Counted from the stretch's first letter, positions 10,097-20,113 are shown. The stretch: 64,000 nucleotides of DNA from Candidatus Wildermuthbacteria bacterium (GCA_963739285.1 CAVTZN010000004.1:31227-95226), one strand, 5' to 3'. Numbers and translations are program-made. Notes: generated by a model from the letters alone, not told the origin.

Positions 10097-10244
10097 TAAT
10101 TTATGATAAATTTTAGTAGAGTAATATTAGCTCGGGCAGGCAATTTTATATTTTTTTGCCATTTTTCTTTTTAAAAAGCCAAATCAGCCGGAGTTTTAAC
10201 TCTATTTTTTAGTAATTCTTGAATTAATATTTCATTTGTATAAC

Positions 10245-10942
10245 ATGGATAGAAAATACGCCGAATATTTATTAGAGAAAACTAAAGAGGATTATAACTA
10301 ATTGCCGATGATTTTTCAAGAACTCGTTGGAATATCTTGGACGGAATTAAGTATTTTTGGATAATTATGTTAAAAGCGGAGATAAAATTTTGGATTTAGG
10401 TTGTGGAAATGGAAGATTTTAGAATTTTTCAAAGACAAAAAAATAGATTATATCGGGTATAGATAATATCGGAAAAATTGATCAAAATTGCAAAAAAAAA
10501 TATCCTCAAGAATAATTTTCAGGTTGCCGATGCTTTAAATCTACCATTTCCCGATAATAATTTCGATAAGATTTTTAGCATAGCTGTTTTACATACATAT
10601 TCCTTCTAGAAGAATTAAGAAGTGAATTTTTAAAAGAAGTAAAAAGAGTTTTAAAGCCAGAAAGGAATTTTGATTTTAACAGTTTGGGATATTTGGAGGA
10701 AAGATACTTTCCTTTATGCTTTTAAAATATTGCTTATTAAAATTTTAGGAAATCAAAATTGATTTCGGAGATATTTTTGTCCCTTGGGCTGATAAAATCC
10801 GAAAGATATTATCATTTTTTACAAAAAAGGAGTTAGAAATCTTTAGTGGAGAAGGCTGGTTTCAAATATTATTAAGCGAAAGTGGCAGAAAATCGAAACT
10901 AAGGCAAAATACATCAAATATTTATTTAATTGCCCAAAATGA
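10245..10942 (+). pseudogene. Class I SAM-dependent methyltransferase, extremely degraded (many frame breaks and stops)
   Basis: Pieces translate to MDRKYAEYLLEKTKEDYN, ILDLGCGNGRF, VADALNLPFPDNNFDKIFSIAVLH-like and KRVLKPE. No ORF of 60 aa or more survives in any frame. Confidence 0.6.
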
Positions 10943-10943
10943 T

Positions 10944-11018
10944 GCCCCTATAGCTTAACGGATAAAGCGCGACCCTCCGGAGGTTGAAATCTCCGTTCGA
11001 TTCGGAGTAGGGGCACCA
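10944..11018 (+). tRNA. tRNA-Arg (anticodon CCG), CCA encoded
   Basis: Manual cloverleaf: acceptor GCCCCTA/TAGGGGC, D stem GCTT/AAGC, anticodon stem CGACC/GGTTG, loop CTCCGGA, T arm CTCCG-TTCGATT-CGGAG, then ACCA. Confidence 0.9.
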
Positions 11019-11054
11019 ATGGAAGAAATAATTTTAATTTGTTAAGATATAAGT

Positions 11055-11606
11055 ATGAAGTATAAAATTGCTGTTTCCGGAGCGGCTCAACCCGAAACCT
11101 GCTCTAAAAACGCTGAAAAGTTGGCCAAAGAAGTAGGTAAAGAGATTGTTCGTCAAGGTTGTATTTTAGTTACTGGCGCGACAACAGGCATTCCTTATCT
11201 TGCCGCTAAGGGAGCGAAAGAAGCAAAAGGAATTAGCATAGGTTTCTCGCCGGCCTCCACAGAATCGGCCCATATTAAAACTTATCGTTTGCCGACAGAC
11301 GCCTTTGATTTAATGGTTTATACTGGTTTTGATTATAGCGGCCGAAATCTTTTAATGACGCGGGCCGCCGACGGGATAATTGTGATTTGCGGTAGGATGG
11401 GAACCTTAAATGAATTTACCATTGCCTTTGAGGATAAAAAACCGATCGGAGTTTTGGAGGGCTCTGGCGGAACGGCTGATAATATCAAAAATCTTATCAA
11501 AGGACCCCAGAGAGTAATTAAAAGAAAAATTGTTTTTGATAAAGATCCTAAAAAATTAGTCAAGAAATTGATTAAGCTGATGAAAAAAGAGGATGAAAAA
11601 CCTTAA
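11055..11606 (+). CDS. LOG/SLOG-like Rossmann-fold protein (TIGR00725-type)
   Basis: 183 aa; IAVSGAA...ILVTGATTGIPY...GRNLLMTRAADGIIVICGRMGTLNEF pattern of the lysine-decarboxylase-like/LOG superfamily. Confidence 0.65.
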   Translation: MKYKIAVSGAAQPETCSKNAEKLAKEVGKEIVRQGCILVTGATTGIPYLAAKGAKEAKGISIGFSPASTESAHIKTYRLPTDAFDLMVYTGFDYSGRNLLMTRAADGIIVICGRMGTLNEFTIAFEDKKPIGVLEGSGGTADNIKNLIKGPQRVIKRKIVFDKDPKKLVKKLIKLMKKEDEKP

Positions 11607-11658
11607 TAACAAAGGTCGACATTTTTAATTTTTTTCAAATTAATTTCAAAATAAAATT

Positions 11659-11922
11659 ATGGCAGAAGAAAATCAAGAAGGGAAATTAATAGGCAAAATC
11701 ACCCACTACTTTGGGAAAATCGGAGTAGCTGTTATTGAATTGTCAGATACTTTAAAAGTTGGCGATACTATTAGGATTGCCGGCGGAGCAACGGATTTTA
11801 CTCAAGGCGTAGATTCGATGGAAGTTGAGCATCAAAAAGTGGAAACCGCCAAAACCGGAGAATCCGTTGGCCTAAAAGTTAACGAAAAAGTAAGAGAGGA
11901 CTACCAGGTTTACAAATTATAA
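11659..11922 (+). CDS. Small EF-Tu domain-2-like beta-barrel protein (translation elongation factor-like)
   Basis: 87 aa; GKITHYFGKIGVAVIELSDTLKVGDTIRI...VETAKTGESVGLKV. Confidence 0.5.
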   Translation: MAEENQEGKLIGKITHYFGKIGVAVIELSDTLKVGDTIRIAGGATDFTQGVDSMEVEHQKVETAKTGESVGLKVNEKVREDYQVYKL

Positions 11923-11967
11923 GCCATAAACGAGGGAGGGGAAAACTAAGGAAGGCAGAGATGCTTT

Positions 11968-13095
11968 ATGGATTTTTTTAAGTTTTTAAAAGCCCTTTCG
12001 GTTTTTACCGGCACAATAATTGGGGTAGGAATTTTCAGTCTTCCATACATTGCCTCAAAAGCCGGTTTTTTCGTTGTTTTAGGGTATTTTATTTTAATGA
12101 CAGTTGTCGTGATGTTTGTCCACCTCTTTTATGGAGAAGTTGTTGCCGGAACAAAAGAATCGAATTATTTGCCAGGGCATGCTGCTAAATATTTAGGCGA
12201 AAGATGGAAAATTATCACCCTTCTTGTTATAGGATTAGGTACCTTAGGAGCTTTACTAGTTTATTTAATTGTTGGCGGGGAATTTCTAAATCTATTTTTG
12301 GCACCATTAATAGGAGGAAACAGCACCTTGTGGACCTTAGTCTTTTTTGCTTTCGGAGCCTTTTTAATCTTTCGCGGCGTAAGAAGTTTTGCCGTCTTTG
12401 AATTGGTTTTGTTATCGGTCTTTTTCATAATTCTTATCACTTTTTTTATTAAGGCCGTCCCTATCATTGATTTTAAAAATTTTACTTCTGTCAATTTTAG
12501 TTTTTTGACGCTTCCTTACGGGGTGATTCTTTTTTCTTTATGGGGCGCAACCTTTATTCCAGAACTAAAACGGCTGCTTTCTTCTGACTTAAAATTATTT
12601 AAAAGAGTCATTATCAGCGGAACTATTTTTTCTGCCCTAACTTACTTATTTTTCATTATTACTATTTTAGGCGCTTCGGGAGAATCTACTTCAAAAGAGG
12701 CAATTGAAGGGTTTATGAAATCTACAGGAGGCAACATCGTCAAGGCGGGGCTTATTTTCGGAATAGTGAATATTTTCGATTCTTTTGTGGCCATAGGTTT
12801 GATTTTAAAGAAAATTTTGCGGCATGATTTCGGGCTATCAAAAAACATATCTTGGTTCATAGCTTGTTTTCTGCCATTAGCTTTGTTTTTTATCGGGCCT
12901 AAAGAATATATTCCGATAATAGGCCTTATAGGAACAGTATTGATAGGAACAGAAGGAATGATTATTGTTTTTATTTATCGCAATTTCCTCAAATCAATAG
13001 GCAAAAAAATAAATCCTCTGATTTATTCTCTTTGCGGAATTTTTGTTTTGGGAATTATATTTGAAGCGTTTTATTTCTTTGCAAAAATCGTATAA
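11968..13095 (+). CDS. Amino-acid permease-like polytopic membrane protein (Trp/Tyr permease / Aa_trans-like)
   Basis: 375 aa, roughly 11 hydrophobic segments, N-terminal GTIIGVGIFSLPYIASKAGF motif. Confidence 0.6.
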   Translation: MDFFKFLKALSVFTGTIIGVGIFSLPYIASKAGFFVVLGYFILMTVVVMFVHLFYGEVVAGTKESNYLPGHAAKYLGERWKIITLLVIGLGTLGALLVYLIVGGEFLNLFLAPLIGGNSTLWTLVFFAFGAFLIFRGVRSFAVFELVLLSVFFIILITFFIKAVPIIDFKNFTSVNFSFLTLPYGVILFSLWGATFIPELKRLLSSDLKLFKRVIISGTIFSALTYLFFIITILGASGESTSKEAIEGFMKSTGGNIVKAGLIFGIVNIFDSFVAIGLILKKILRHDFGLSKNISWFIACFLPLALFFIGPKEYIPIIGLIGTVLIGTEGMIIVFIYRNFLKSIGKKINPLIYSLCGIFVLGIIFEAFYFFAKIV

Positions 13096-13117
13096 AACTC
13101 TATTATGAAAAACCATA

Positions 13118-13146
13118 TTGACTTCAAAATAAAAAATTGGTAGAAT
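13118..13146 (+). promoter_or_regulatory. Near-consensus sigma70 promoter (TTGACT-17-TAGAAT)
   Basis: TTGACT 13118-13123, 17-nt spacer, TAGAAT 13141-13146. Confidence 0.5.
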
Positions 13147-13237
13147 AAATAATCAAATTATTTTATAAGGGAGGTAGATATCGAAGAAAGTTCTTTTTTG
13201 TTCTCTAAAAAAATAACGAGAGGAAAGGAGAGTAGTC

Positions 13238-13510
13238 TTGCCAGACACAACTGAGTTAGCGCAGAGGGCTCAAGAGGTTATGGATCGCCCCGTCTTTGGT
13301 AGCATTTTTTTTCTTGCGAAAGAAGCGCCAAGTACCTCGCCAAGGTTTGGTGAGGATAAACTTTGTGTTGATTGCAGGAAAGTCATTCTCCTGGATAGGA
13401 GAGTGGCGGTATTTAACAATACCGGCAAGGACCCAGACAGATGCCTTTCTTGCCAGGGAAAACTTGCTACTTCTCCGTCACAGCATTCCTTAAAATTAAG
13501 CAGGAGGTGA
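13238..13510 (+). CDS. GC-rich small C4 zinc-finger protein, possibly TraR/DksA-like
   Basis: TTG start 6 nt after an AAGGAG SD. CVDC-x22-CLSCQ resembles the TraR/DksA C4 finger. GC is clearly higher than in the flanks and all frames are open, so coding is not certain. Confidence 0.4.
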   Translation: MPDTTELAQRAQEVMDRPVFGSIFFLAKEAPSTSPRFGEDKLCVDCRKVILLDRRVAVFNNTGKDPDRCLSCQGKLATSPSQHSLKLSRR

Positions 13511-13531
13511 AACCGCAAAATGTTTTGCATG

Positions 13532-13566
13532 AGAGGCTGGCCTTGTCCAGCCTCTTATTATTTTTC
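13532..13566 (+). terminator. Rho-independent terminator
   Basis: AGAGGCTGG-CCTTGT-CCAGCCTCT, a 9-bp stem followed by a T-rich tail. Confidence 0.75.
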
Positions 13567-13580
13567 TTTTTTTAAATTAA

Positions 13581-14846
13581 ATGTTAAAACTAAATAGTAT
13601 GCAATTCGTAGCTGATTTTCATATTCATTCCAAATATTCCCGGGCGACTTCCAAAGATATGAATCTGGAAATTCTTGATAAATGGGCAAAAATTAAAGGA
13701 ATTAAAGTTCTGGGAACGGGAGATTTTACCCATCCCGTTTGGCTGAAGGAACTAAAAGAAAAATTAGAGCCGGCGGAACCAGGTTTGTATAGATTAAAAT
13801 CCGAGACAGAAGGCACCCGATTTATTTTAACCGCTGAAATTAGCTGTATTTATTCAAAAAAAGGCAAAGTTCGGAAAATTCATATTGTCATCTTTGCTCC
13901 TTCCTTTGAAACGGTTGAAAAAATTAATGCCCATTTGGGCTGGATCGGAAACCTGAAATCCGACGGCAGGCCAATTTTAGGGTTAGATGCCAAAGAATTA
14001 GCCAAAATTGTTTTTAATACTTCTGAGAATTGTTTATTGATCCCTGGGCACGCTTGGACGCCGTGGTTTTCAATTTTCGGCTCAAAATCTGGGTTTGATT
14101 CAATCGAGGAATGCTTCGACGAGTATTCAAAATATGTTTTTGCCATTGAAACCGGTCTTTCCTCGGATCCGGCGATGAATTGGAGACTGTCTGCCTTAGA
14201 TAAAATTACCCTAATTTCCAATAGCGACGCCCATTCTCCCAGCCGGATTGGTCGGGAGGCCAATGTTTTTGATACCGAAATTTCCTATCCGGCCATTACC
14301 GAAGCTATAAAATCAAAAAATCCTCAAAAATTTCTTTATACTATTGAATTTTTCCCTCAAGAAGGAAAATATCACTACGATGGCCATAGAAATTGCGGAA
14401 TAAGTTTGTCTCCCCAAGAGTCAAAAAAATATAATAATATCTGCCCAAGATGCGGTCGCCCCTTAACCATCGGTGTTTTAAATCGCGTTGAGCAATTAGC
14501 TGACAGGAAAGAAGGTTTTAGGCCGGAGAGAGCCATCCCTTTTAAGAGTCTGATTCCCTTGGAAGAAATAATCGCCGATGCCATAGGAGTAATGACCAGA
14601 TCTAAACAGGTTTTGGAAAGATATAATAATTTAATTAAAAAATTTGGAAACGAATTTAAAATTTTACTCGAAGCCAATCATCAGGAATTAGAAGCGGCCA
14701 CTTTGCCAGAAATAGCCGAAGGCATAATTAGGACAAGAGAAGGGAAAGTCTTTATTGAGCCAGGCTATGACGGGGTTTATGGGAAAATAGGAATTTTTTC
14801 GAGGGGAGAGCAAAAAGCGGCCATAAGGCAAAAAACTTTGTTCTGA
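13581..14846 (+). CDS. Endonuclease Q-like PHP-domain nuclease
   Basis: 421 aa; VADFHIHSKYSRATS, GTGDFTHP, GHAWTPWFS, SNSDAHSP, C-terminal zinc ribbon CPRCGRPLTIGVLNRV. It aligns by eye along the length of archaeal EndoQ. Confidence 0.75.
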   Translation: MLKLNSMQFVADFHIHSKYSRATSKDMNLEILDKWAKIKGIKVLGTGDFTHPVWLKELKEKLEPAEPGLYRLKSETEGTRFILTAEISCIYSKKGKVRKIHIVIFAPSFETVEKINAHLGWIGNLKSDGRPILGLDAKELAKIVFNTSENCLLIPGHAWTPWFSIFGSKSGFDSIEECFDEYSKYVFAIETGLSSDPAMNWRLSALDKITLISNSDAHSPSRIGREANVFDTEISYPAITEAIKSKNPQKFLYTIEFFPQEGKYHYDGHRNCGISLSPQESKKYNNICPRCGRPLTIGVLNRVEQLADRKEGFRPERAIPFKSLIPLEEIIADAIGVMTRSKQVLERYNNLIKKFGNEFKILLEANHQELEAATLPEIAEGIIRTREGKVFIEPGYDGVYGKIGIFSRGEQKAAIRQKTLF

Positions 14847-14860
14847 AACTGGTTTTTCTC

Positions 14861-14890
14861 TTGACAAGCCAACAGGGGAAGGTCTATGAT
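14861..14890 (+). promoter_or_regulatory. Candidate promoter (TTGACA-18-TATGAT) with a ~170-nt leader
   Basis: TTGACA 14861-14866, TATGAT 14885-14890. Confidence 0.45.
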
Positions 14891-15065
14891 GAATTTAGTC
14901 GAATAAGTCGAAGCCCCAAAAGAAAACTTTTAGTTTTCTCTAGGGCAAGTATCTTAAATTTGGCTCTCGTTTTTAGAGATAAAAATTGATGGCCTAGATT
15001 TTAAGCGTAGCGACTTAATTCGCAAAGGTCGCTTTCTTATTAAGTTAAGTATCGTCGTGTTTAAT

Positions 15066-15248
15066 ATGGCCTTCAAAAAATTTGATCGCCCAGCAAAAGA
15101 TTTCGCTCCCCGTCAGATGATTCAAGGAAATTGGAAATGCGCTGATTGTGGAACAGAAATAACCGAACTGCCGTTTGAGCCTGCAGCTGACAGACCGATT
15201 TATTGTCGAGATTGCTGGTCGAAAAGGAGAAGCCAATTTAGAAGATAA
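15066..15248 (+). CDS. Small CxxC-x17-CxxC zinc-ribbon protein
   Basis: MAFKKFDRPAKDF...WKCADCGTEITELPFEPAADRPIYCRDCW; the same motif occurs at C-termini of some RNA helicases and cold-shock proteins. Confidence 0.6.
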   Translation: MAFKKFDRPAKDFAPRQMIQGNWKCADCGTEITELPFEPAADRPIYCRDCWSKRRSQFRR

Positions 15249-15265
15249 TCTAATTGGAAGAACTC

Positions 15266-15294
15266 AAAACCGCCCCAGCTGGGGCGGTTTTGTT
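15266..15294 (+). terminator. Rho-independent terminator
   Basis: AAAACCGCCCC-AGCT-GGGGCGGTTTT. Confidence 0.8.
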
Positions 15295-15391
15295 TCGATT
15301 TTTAGATTTAAGGCTTGACACGCTAAATTGATATAATAAAATGAAGTGTTATGGCCCGTTAACAGGTGATTTTAACGGGTAAAATTAGAAT

Positions 15392-15862
15392 ATGCCGCGC
15401 CATCCTGAAAAATTTTATTTAACTAAAGAAGGATTTGAGACCTTAAAGAAAGAATACGAAGAGCTTCAGAAAATTGCCCGCTCGAAGATTCGGGAGAAAG
15501 TCCCAGAAACTTTTCATTCAGAGGAATTAAATCCCGAATACATCGTTTACCGGGAAGATAATGAATTGTTGCAGGCCAGGTTATCCGATTTAAAATACAT
15601 TTTAAAGAATGCTGAATTAATTAAAACTCCCCCAAGGGAAAAACAAAAGAATATCGATTTGGGAGCAACCGTTCTGGTGGAAACGAATGGTCAGACCGAA
15701 GAGCTTACTATTGTCGGAACGCTAGAAGCGAATCCTTCTTCGGGTAAAATTTCTGACGAATCCCCGGTCGGTCGAGCACTTTTGGGTCATCGGGCCGGGG
15801 AAGAAATCGCTATCTTCACTCCGTTAAAAACAATTTACAAAATTAAGAAAGTAAAATATTAG
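15392..15862 (+). CDS. greA: Transcription elongation factor GreA
   Basis: 156 aa; N-terminal coiled coil (LTKEGFETLKKEYEELQ) and C-terminal GKISDESPVGRALLGHRAGEEI. Confidence 0.85.
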   Translation: MPRHPEKFYLTKEGFETLKKEYEELQKIARSKIREKVPETFHSEELNPEYIVYREDNELLQARLSDLKYILKNAELIKTPPREKQKNIDLGATVLVETNGQTEELTIVGTLEANPSSGKISDESPVGRALLGHRAGEEIAIFTPLKTIYKIKKVKY

Positions 15863-15968
15863 CTGTTTAAGAATTTTAGGATAAATCAACAACTAGGGGA
15901 GAGCCCCGTTTTTTTATTCTGTAAGGGATTGGTATTTTTTGATGGTTTTGATATACTAGAAAATAGTT

Positions 15969-16253
15969 ATGAAAAAAACCATTAAAACCACCCTTCGACA
16001 AACTCAGGGTGATAGTGAGCGAAGTCGAACCATCACCAAGGAAATGACCATTGGAGAGGTACTTCAGAAATATCCCAAAACCGCTTTTGTTTTCCTCGAT
16101 TACGGGCTTCATTGCGTTGGCTGTCCGATGGCTGACCCGGAAACAATAGAAGAGGCGGCTAAACTTCACGGAGTCAATCTTAAAAAATTTTTAGAAGATT
16201 TGAATAAAGTCGTCCTGAACCCGAACAAGTTCGGCGCAGGACAATCAAAATAG
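15969..16253 (+). CDS. DUF1858-type redox-disulfide protein (true start possibly ATG 16044)
   Basis: MTIGEVLQKYPKTAFVFLDYGLHCVGCPMADPETIEEAAKLHGV; the first 25 codons are supplied by a GC-rich repeat. Confidence 0.6.
   Translation: MKKTIKTTLRQTQGDSERSRTITKEMTIGEVLQKYPKTAFVFLDYGLHCVGCPMADPETIEEAAKLHGVNLKKFLEDLNKVVLNPNKFGAGQSK
15991..16028 (+). repeat. GC-rich dispersed repeat, copy 2 (translates LRQTQGDSERSR)
   Basis: CCCTTCGACAAACTCAGGGTGATAGTGAGCGAAGTCGAA; imperfect inverted repeat. Confidence 0.55.
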
Positions 16254-16257
16254 CAAA

Positions 16258-17286
16258 ATGAAAAAATTTTTGCTTTTTTTATTTTTTCTTTTAATTGGAA
16301 CAGCCCTTTTTGGGTGGATTTTTAATCATATCGGATGGAAAGATATCCAGCTGGCCCTTAGGCATTTTTCTATTCAGGCCGGATTGCTTATTTTGTTTTT
16401 GACTATTTTGTCAGCCCTAATCAGGTCTTTAAGGTGGAAAACAATCTTGAATAGCCAGCAGTGCCAGGTCCCCTTTTTAAAGGTTTTCGAATATTATGTT
16501 TCAGGCCTTTCAATCGCTTTCTTCTTTCCGATGGTGATTTTCGGAGGGGAAATCTTCAGAGGGTATGATTTAAAAGAAAAATACTCCATCCCTTGGTCCA
16601 AATCCATTGGTTCGGTCATCATAGATAGAATTTTAGAAATAACTATTTATGCCATAACCGCCATCTTTGGAATAACATTTTTTATTTTTAAAGCAACCTT
16701 CGCCCCAGCGAAAGTTTTTTTAATTATTTTTCTGGGGACTTTTTTACTCCTCGCTTTAATAAGCATTTTCTATTTTAAAATTTTTAAGAAAGAAAGATTT
16801 GTCTTTTCTTTGCTGAAAGGGTTTAATCTTAAAAATTCTAATGGCACAGAGACGATAGTTGACGTTGAAAAAGAGATTTTTCAATACTTTAGACCAAGCA
16901 GAAAAGCGATGTGGAAAGGCTTTAGCCTGAGCCTTCTATATGAATTAACGTTGTTAGCAAGAGCCGCTCTTTTACTTTTGTTTTTAGGAAAAGAAGTGGG
17001 AATTCTATCAGTCGTTTCTGTCGCTGCCTTTTCCTCTATGGCAATGTTGATTCCTATACCAGGCGCTCTCGGTTCGCATGAAGCAATTCAGTCTTTTATT
17101 TTCAATTCTTTGGGCTTGGGCGCGAATACAGCCATGGCTTTTGTCTTTATTATCAGGGGGGCTGAATTAATGGTGGCCTTATTTGGAGCAGTTTTTTTCT
17201 TTAGATTTGGAATTCAAATATTAGAGTCTGTTATATTTAGAAAAATAGCGAGATTAATCAGTCATAAGAAAAAGGATGAGATTTAA
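16258..17286 (+). CDS. Flippase-like / lysyl-phosphatidylglycerol-synthase TM-region family membrane protein (UPF0104)
   Basis: 342 aa, about 8 TM segments, LRSLRWKTIL motif near the N-terminus. Confidence 0.55.
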   Translation: MKKFLLFLFFLLIGTALFGWIFNHIGWKDIQLALRHFSIQAGLLILFLTILSALIRSLRWKTILNSQQCQVPFLKVFEYYVSGLSIAFFFPMVIFGGEIFRGYDLKEKYSIPWSKSIGSVIIDRILEITIYAITAIFGITFFIFKATFAPAKVFLIIFLGTFLLLALISIFYFKIFKKERFVFSLLKGFNLKNSNGTETIVDVEKEIFQYFRPSRKAMWKGFSLSLLYELTLLARAALLLLFLGKEVGILSVVSVAAFSSMAMLIPIPGALGSHEAIQSFIFNSLGLGANTAMAFVFIIRGAELMVALFGAVFFFRFGIQILESVIFRKIARLISHKKKDEI

Positions 17287-17315
17287 AATTTCTACCAAAG
17301 GATTCATAGACATTT

Positions 17316-17883
17316 ATGAAAATTAATAAGATTATCAAAATTTTAATAATTTCTAATGTTATATGGATATCTGGCTCAGGATTGTTGCTCCAATTTTTGC
17401 TATTTTTATTACTCAACAAATTATTGGAGGAAATGTAGAAATAGCTGGTTTCGCCGCTGCTATTTTTTCGATTAGCTTTTGTTTAGCTCGACTTCCGAGC
17501 GCTAAATGGGTGGATAAAAAAATGAATGAAGTTCAACGATTGCATTTATTAATTTTTAGTGGGATATTAGTTGCTTTTTGCTATTTTTTATATACTTTAG
17601 TTTCAGTTTCCCTTGGCAAATGTATCTTCTTCAGGCTTTAATAGGAATAGGAATAGCTCTTAATGCCTCACCTTCTATGAGTTTCTTTACTAGAGCTATA
17701 GACAAAGGAGAAGAGTCTTTTGAATGGGGAATTAGTGCCGTGGCTTTTACAGGTGGTCAGGCTATTGCTGCAGCTCTCGGGGGATTTTAGTCACCAGATT
17801 CGGCTTTAATATTTGCATTTATTTTAGTTGGCCTTTTTATTTTTATGAGTGCGTTAATTTCGTTGTCCTTTATAAAAATTTAA
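17316..17883 (+). CDS. Small MFS-like membrane protein, 2-3 frame breaks
   Basis: Fragments 17316-, 17363-17641, 17578-17790 and a tail to TAA 17881-17883; hydrophobic throughout. Confidence 0.35.
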
Positions 17884-17901
17884 AACAAATAGAATCTCAT
17901 A

Positions 17902-19643
17902 ATGAAAAACCAGGAAATCGCCAAAATTTTATATGAAATCGCCTCTTTCTTGGAGATGGAAGGAGTGGCCTTTAAACCTTACGCTTATGAAAAGGTAGCT
18001 TTGGCTTTAGAAGGTTTAGAAGAGGATGTTGAGGACATTTACAAAAGAGACGGCCTTAAGGGATTGGAAAAAATTCCTGGGGTAGGGAAAAATATTGCCG
18101 AAAGAATAGAAGAATATTTGAAAATAGGGAAGATAAAATATTATGAAGATTTAAAAAAGAAAACGCCGGTCAATATAGGCGAATTAACGGCAGTCGAAGG
18201 ATTAGGCCCCAAGAAAGTCAAAGTTTTATATCAAAAATTAAGAATTAGAAATTTGAAAGATTTAGAAAGAGCTGCCAAATCTCATAAAATTGCCCCGCTT
18301 TTTGGTTTTGGCGAAAAAACTGAAAAAAATATTTTAGAAGGCATTAATTTTCTAAAAAGAAGCAAAGGAAGATTTTTATTAGGAGAAATTTGGCCAAAAG
18401 TTAAAGAAGTTTATGAAAAATTAAAGAGTTTGAAAGAGGTTGAAGAAATTTCCCTAGCCGGTTCTGTCAGAAGAAAGAAAGAGACCATTGGTGACGTTGA
18501 TTTACTGGTTATCTCGAAAAATCCCAAAAAAGTCATGGATTTTTTTGTTTCTTTACCAGGAGTGATAAAAATTTGGGGGAAAGGGGCGACCAAGGCCTCA
18601 GTCAGAATGAGAGACGGTTTTGATATGGATATTAGAGTTGTTCCTAAAAGGTCTTATGGCTCAGCCCTTCAGTACTTCACTGGTTCAAAAGAACATAATA
18701 TCGCCACCCGAAGAATCGCTATGGATAAAGGTTTAAAGCTTTCGGAGTATGGCCTTTTCCGAGGGAAAAGAATGATTGCCAGTGAAACCGAGGAGAGCAT
18801 TTATAAAGCCCTGGGAATGAAATGGATACCTCCGGAGATGAGAGAAAATCAGGGAGAAATTGAGCTGGCTCTTCGGCAAGCTCAGGGTAAAACAGGGGGA
18901 TTGCCCAAAATTATTGATTACGATGATATAAAAGGTGATTTACACTGCCATTCGAAATGGGATGGCGGAGTGAATACAATTCTGGAAATAGCAGAGGCGG
19001 CAAAGAAAATGGGTTATGAATATATTGGCATTGCCGACCATACCAAGTTTTTAAGAATTGAGCATGGTTTAGACGAGAAAAAATTAGCTACCCAACGGAA
19101 AGAAATCGAAAAACTAAATACTAAATACAAGATACAAAATACAAAATTCAGAATTTTACAGGGAGCCGAAACGAATATCTTAAATGACGGCTCCATAGAC
19201 ATAAAAGACGAAGCTTTGAGAAAATTAGATTATGTTATTGCCGGAGTTCATTCAAGTTTTAAAATGGAAAAAGAAAAGATGACTGAAAGAATAATCAGGG
19301 CAATGAAAAATCCCAATGTGGACATAATTTCCCATCCTACTGGAAGAATCTTAAAAAGAAGAGACGAATATCGAATCGATTTTGATAAGATTTTGCGAGC
19401 AGCCAAAGAAACTGGAACAATTTTAGAAATTAATTCTTTTCCCGACAGATTAGATTTAAATGACCAAAATATTCGGAGAACGAAAGAAGCTGGAGTAAAG
19501 ATGATAATAAATACCGATTCGCATCGCCAGGACCAGTTGCGCCTTATCGAATTCGGTATTGCCCAAGCCCGCCGTGGCTGGGCAGAAAAAAAGATATTAT
19601 TAACACCCAACCCTTAGAAAAGTTATTAAAGTTTTTTAAATAA
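17902..19643 (+). CDS. polX: Family X DNA polymerase with C-terminal PHP domain (PolX); frame break in the A7 run 19586-19592
   Basis: HhH motifs, GSVRRKKETIGDVDLLV, PHP HCHSKWDGG...DSH. Adding one A restores ...AEKKDIINTQPLEKLLKFFK* ending at 19643. Confidence 0.85.
18869..18890 (+). repeat. GC-rich dispersed repeat, copy 3, in frame inside polX (LRQAQGK)
   Basis: CTCTTCGGCAAGCTCAGGGTAA. Confidence 0.5.
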
Positions 19644-19644
19644 A

Positions 19645-20083
19645 ATGCCTGTTGAACGTTCTGCCGGAGCGGTAATTTTTAGAAAAGAAGCTGACAAGCC
19701 TCTCTTTTTGTTGTTATATTATCCATCAATAAGCCATCGGGCAGACAAAAATTATTGGGATTTCCCAAAAGGACACATTGAAAAAGAAGAAAAGGCAGAA
19801 GAGGCGGCGAAAAGAGAGGCAGAAGAAGAGACGGGATTAAAAGACATTAGAATCGTGGAAGGGTTTAAAGAGTTAGTTAAATACTTTTTTAAATTTAAAG
19901 AGAAAAATATTCTTGAAATTCGTCACTTTTTATTTAGCTGAAACAAAAACAAAAAATGTAGAAATTTCCGGAGAACACATTGGTTATAAATGGCTGCCTT
20001 ATAAAGAAGCGATAGAACAATTAGGTTTCCAAAATGCCAAAGAAATTCTTCAAAAGGCAAACGATTTCCTTTCGTCCCGTTAG
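19645..20083 (+). CDS. NUDIX hydrolase; frame break at the A5 run 19903-19907
   Basis: Nudix box GHIEKEEKAEEAAKREAEEETG. The second half (VTFYLAETKTKNVEISGEHIGYKWLPY...) is in the +1 frame. Confidence 0.8.
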
Positions 20084-20113
20084 AGATCTGCGAGCATAAA
20101 GAAAACCACTTTA

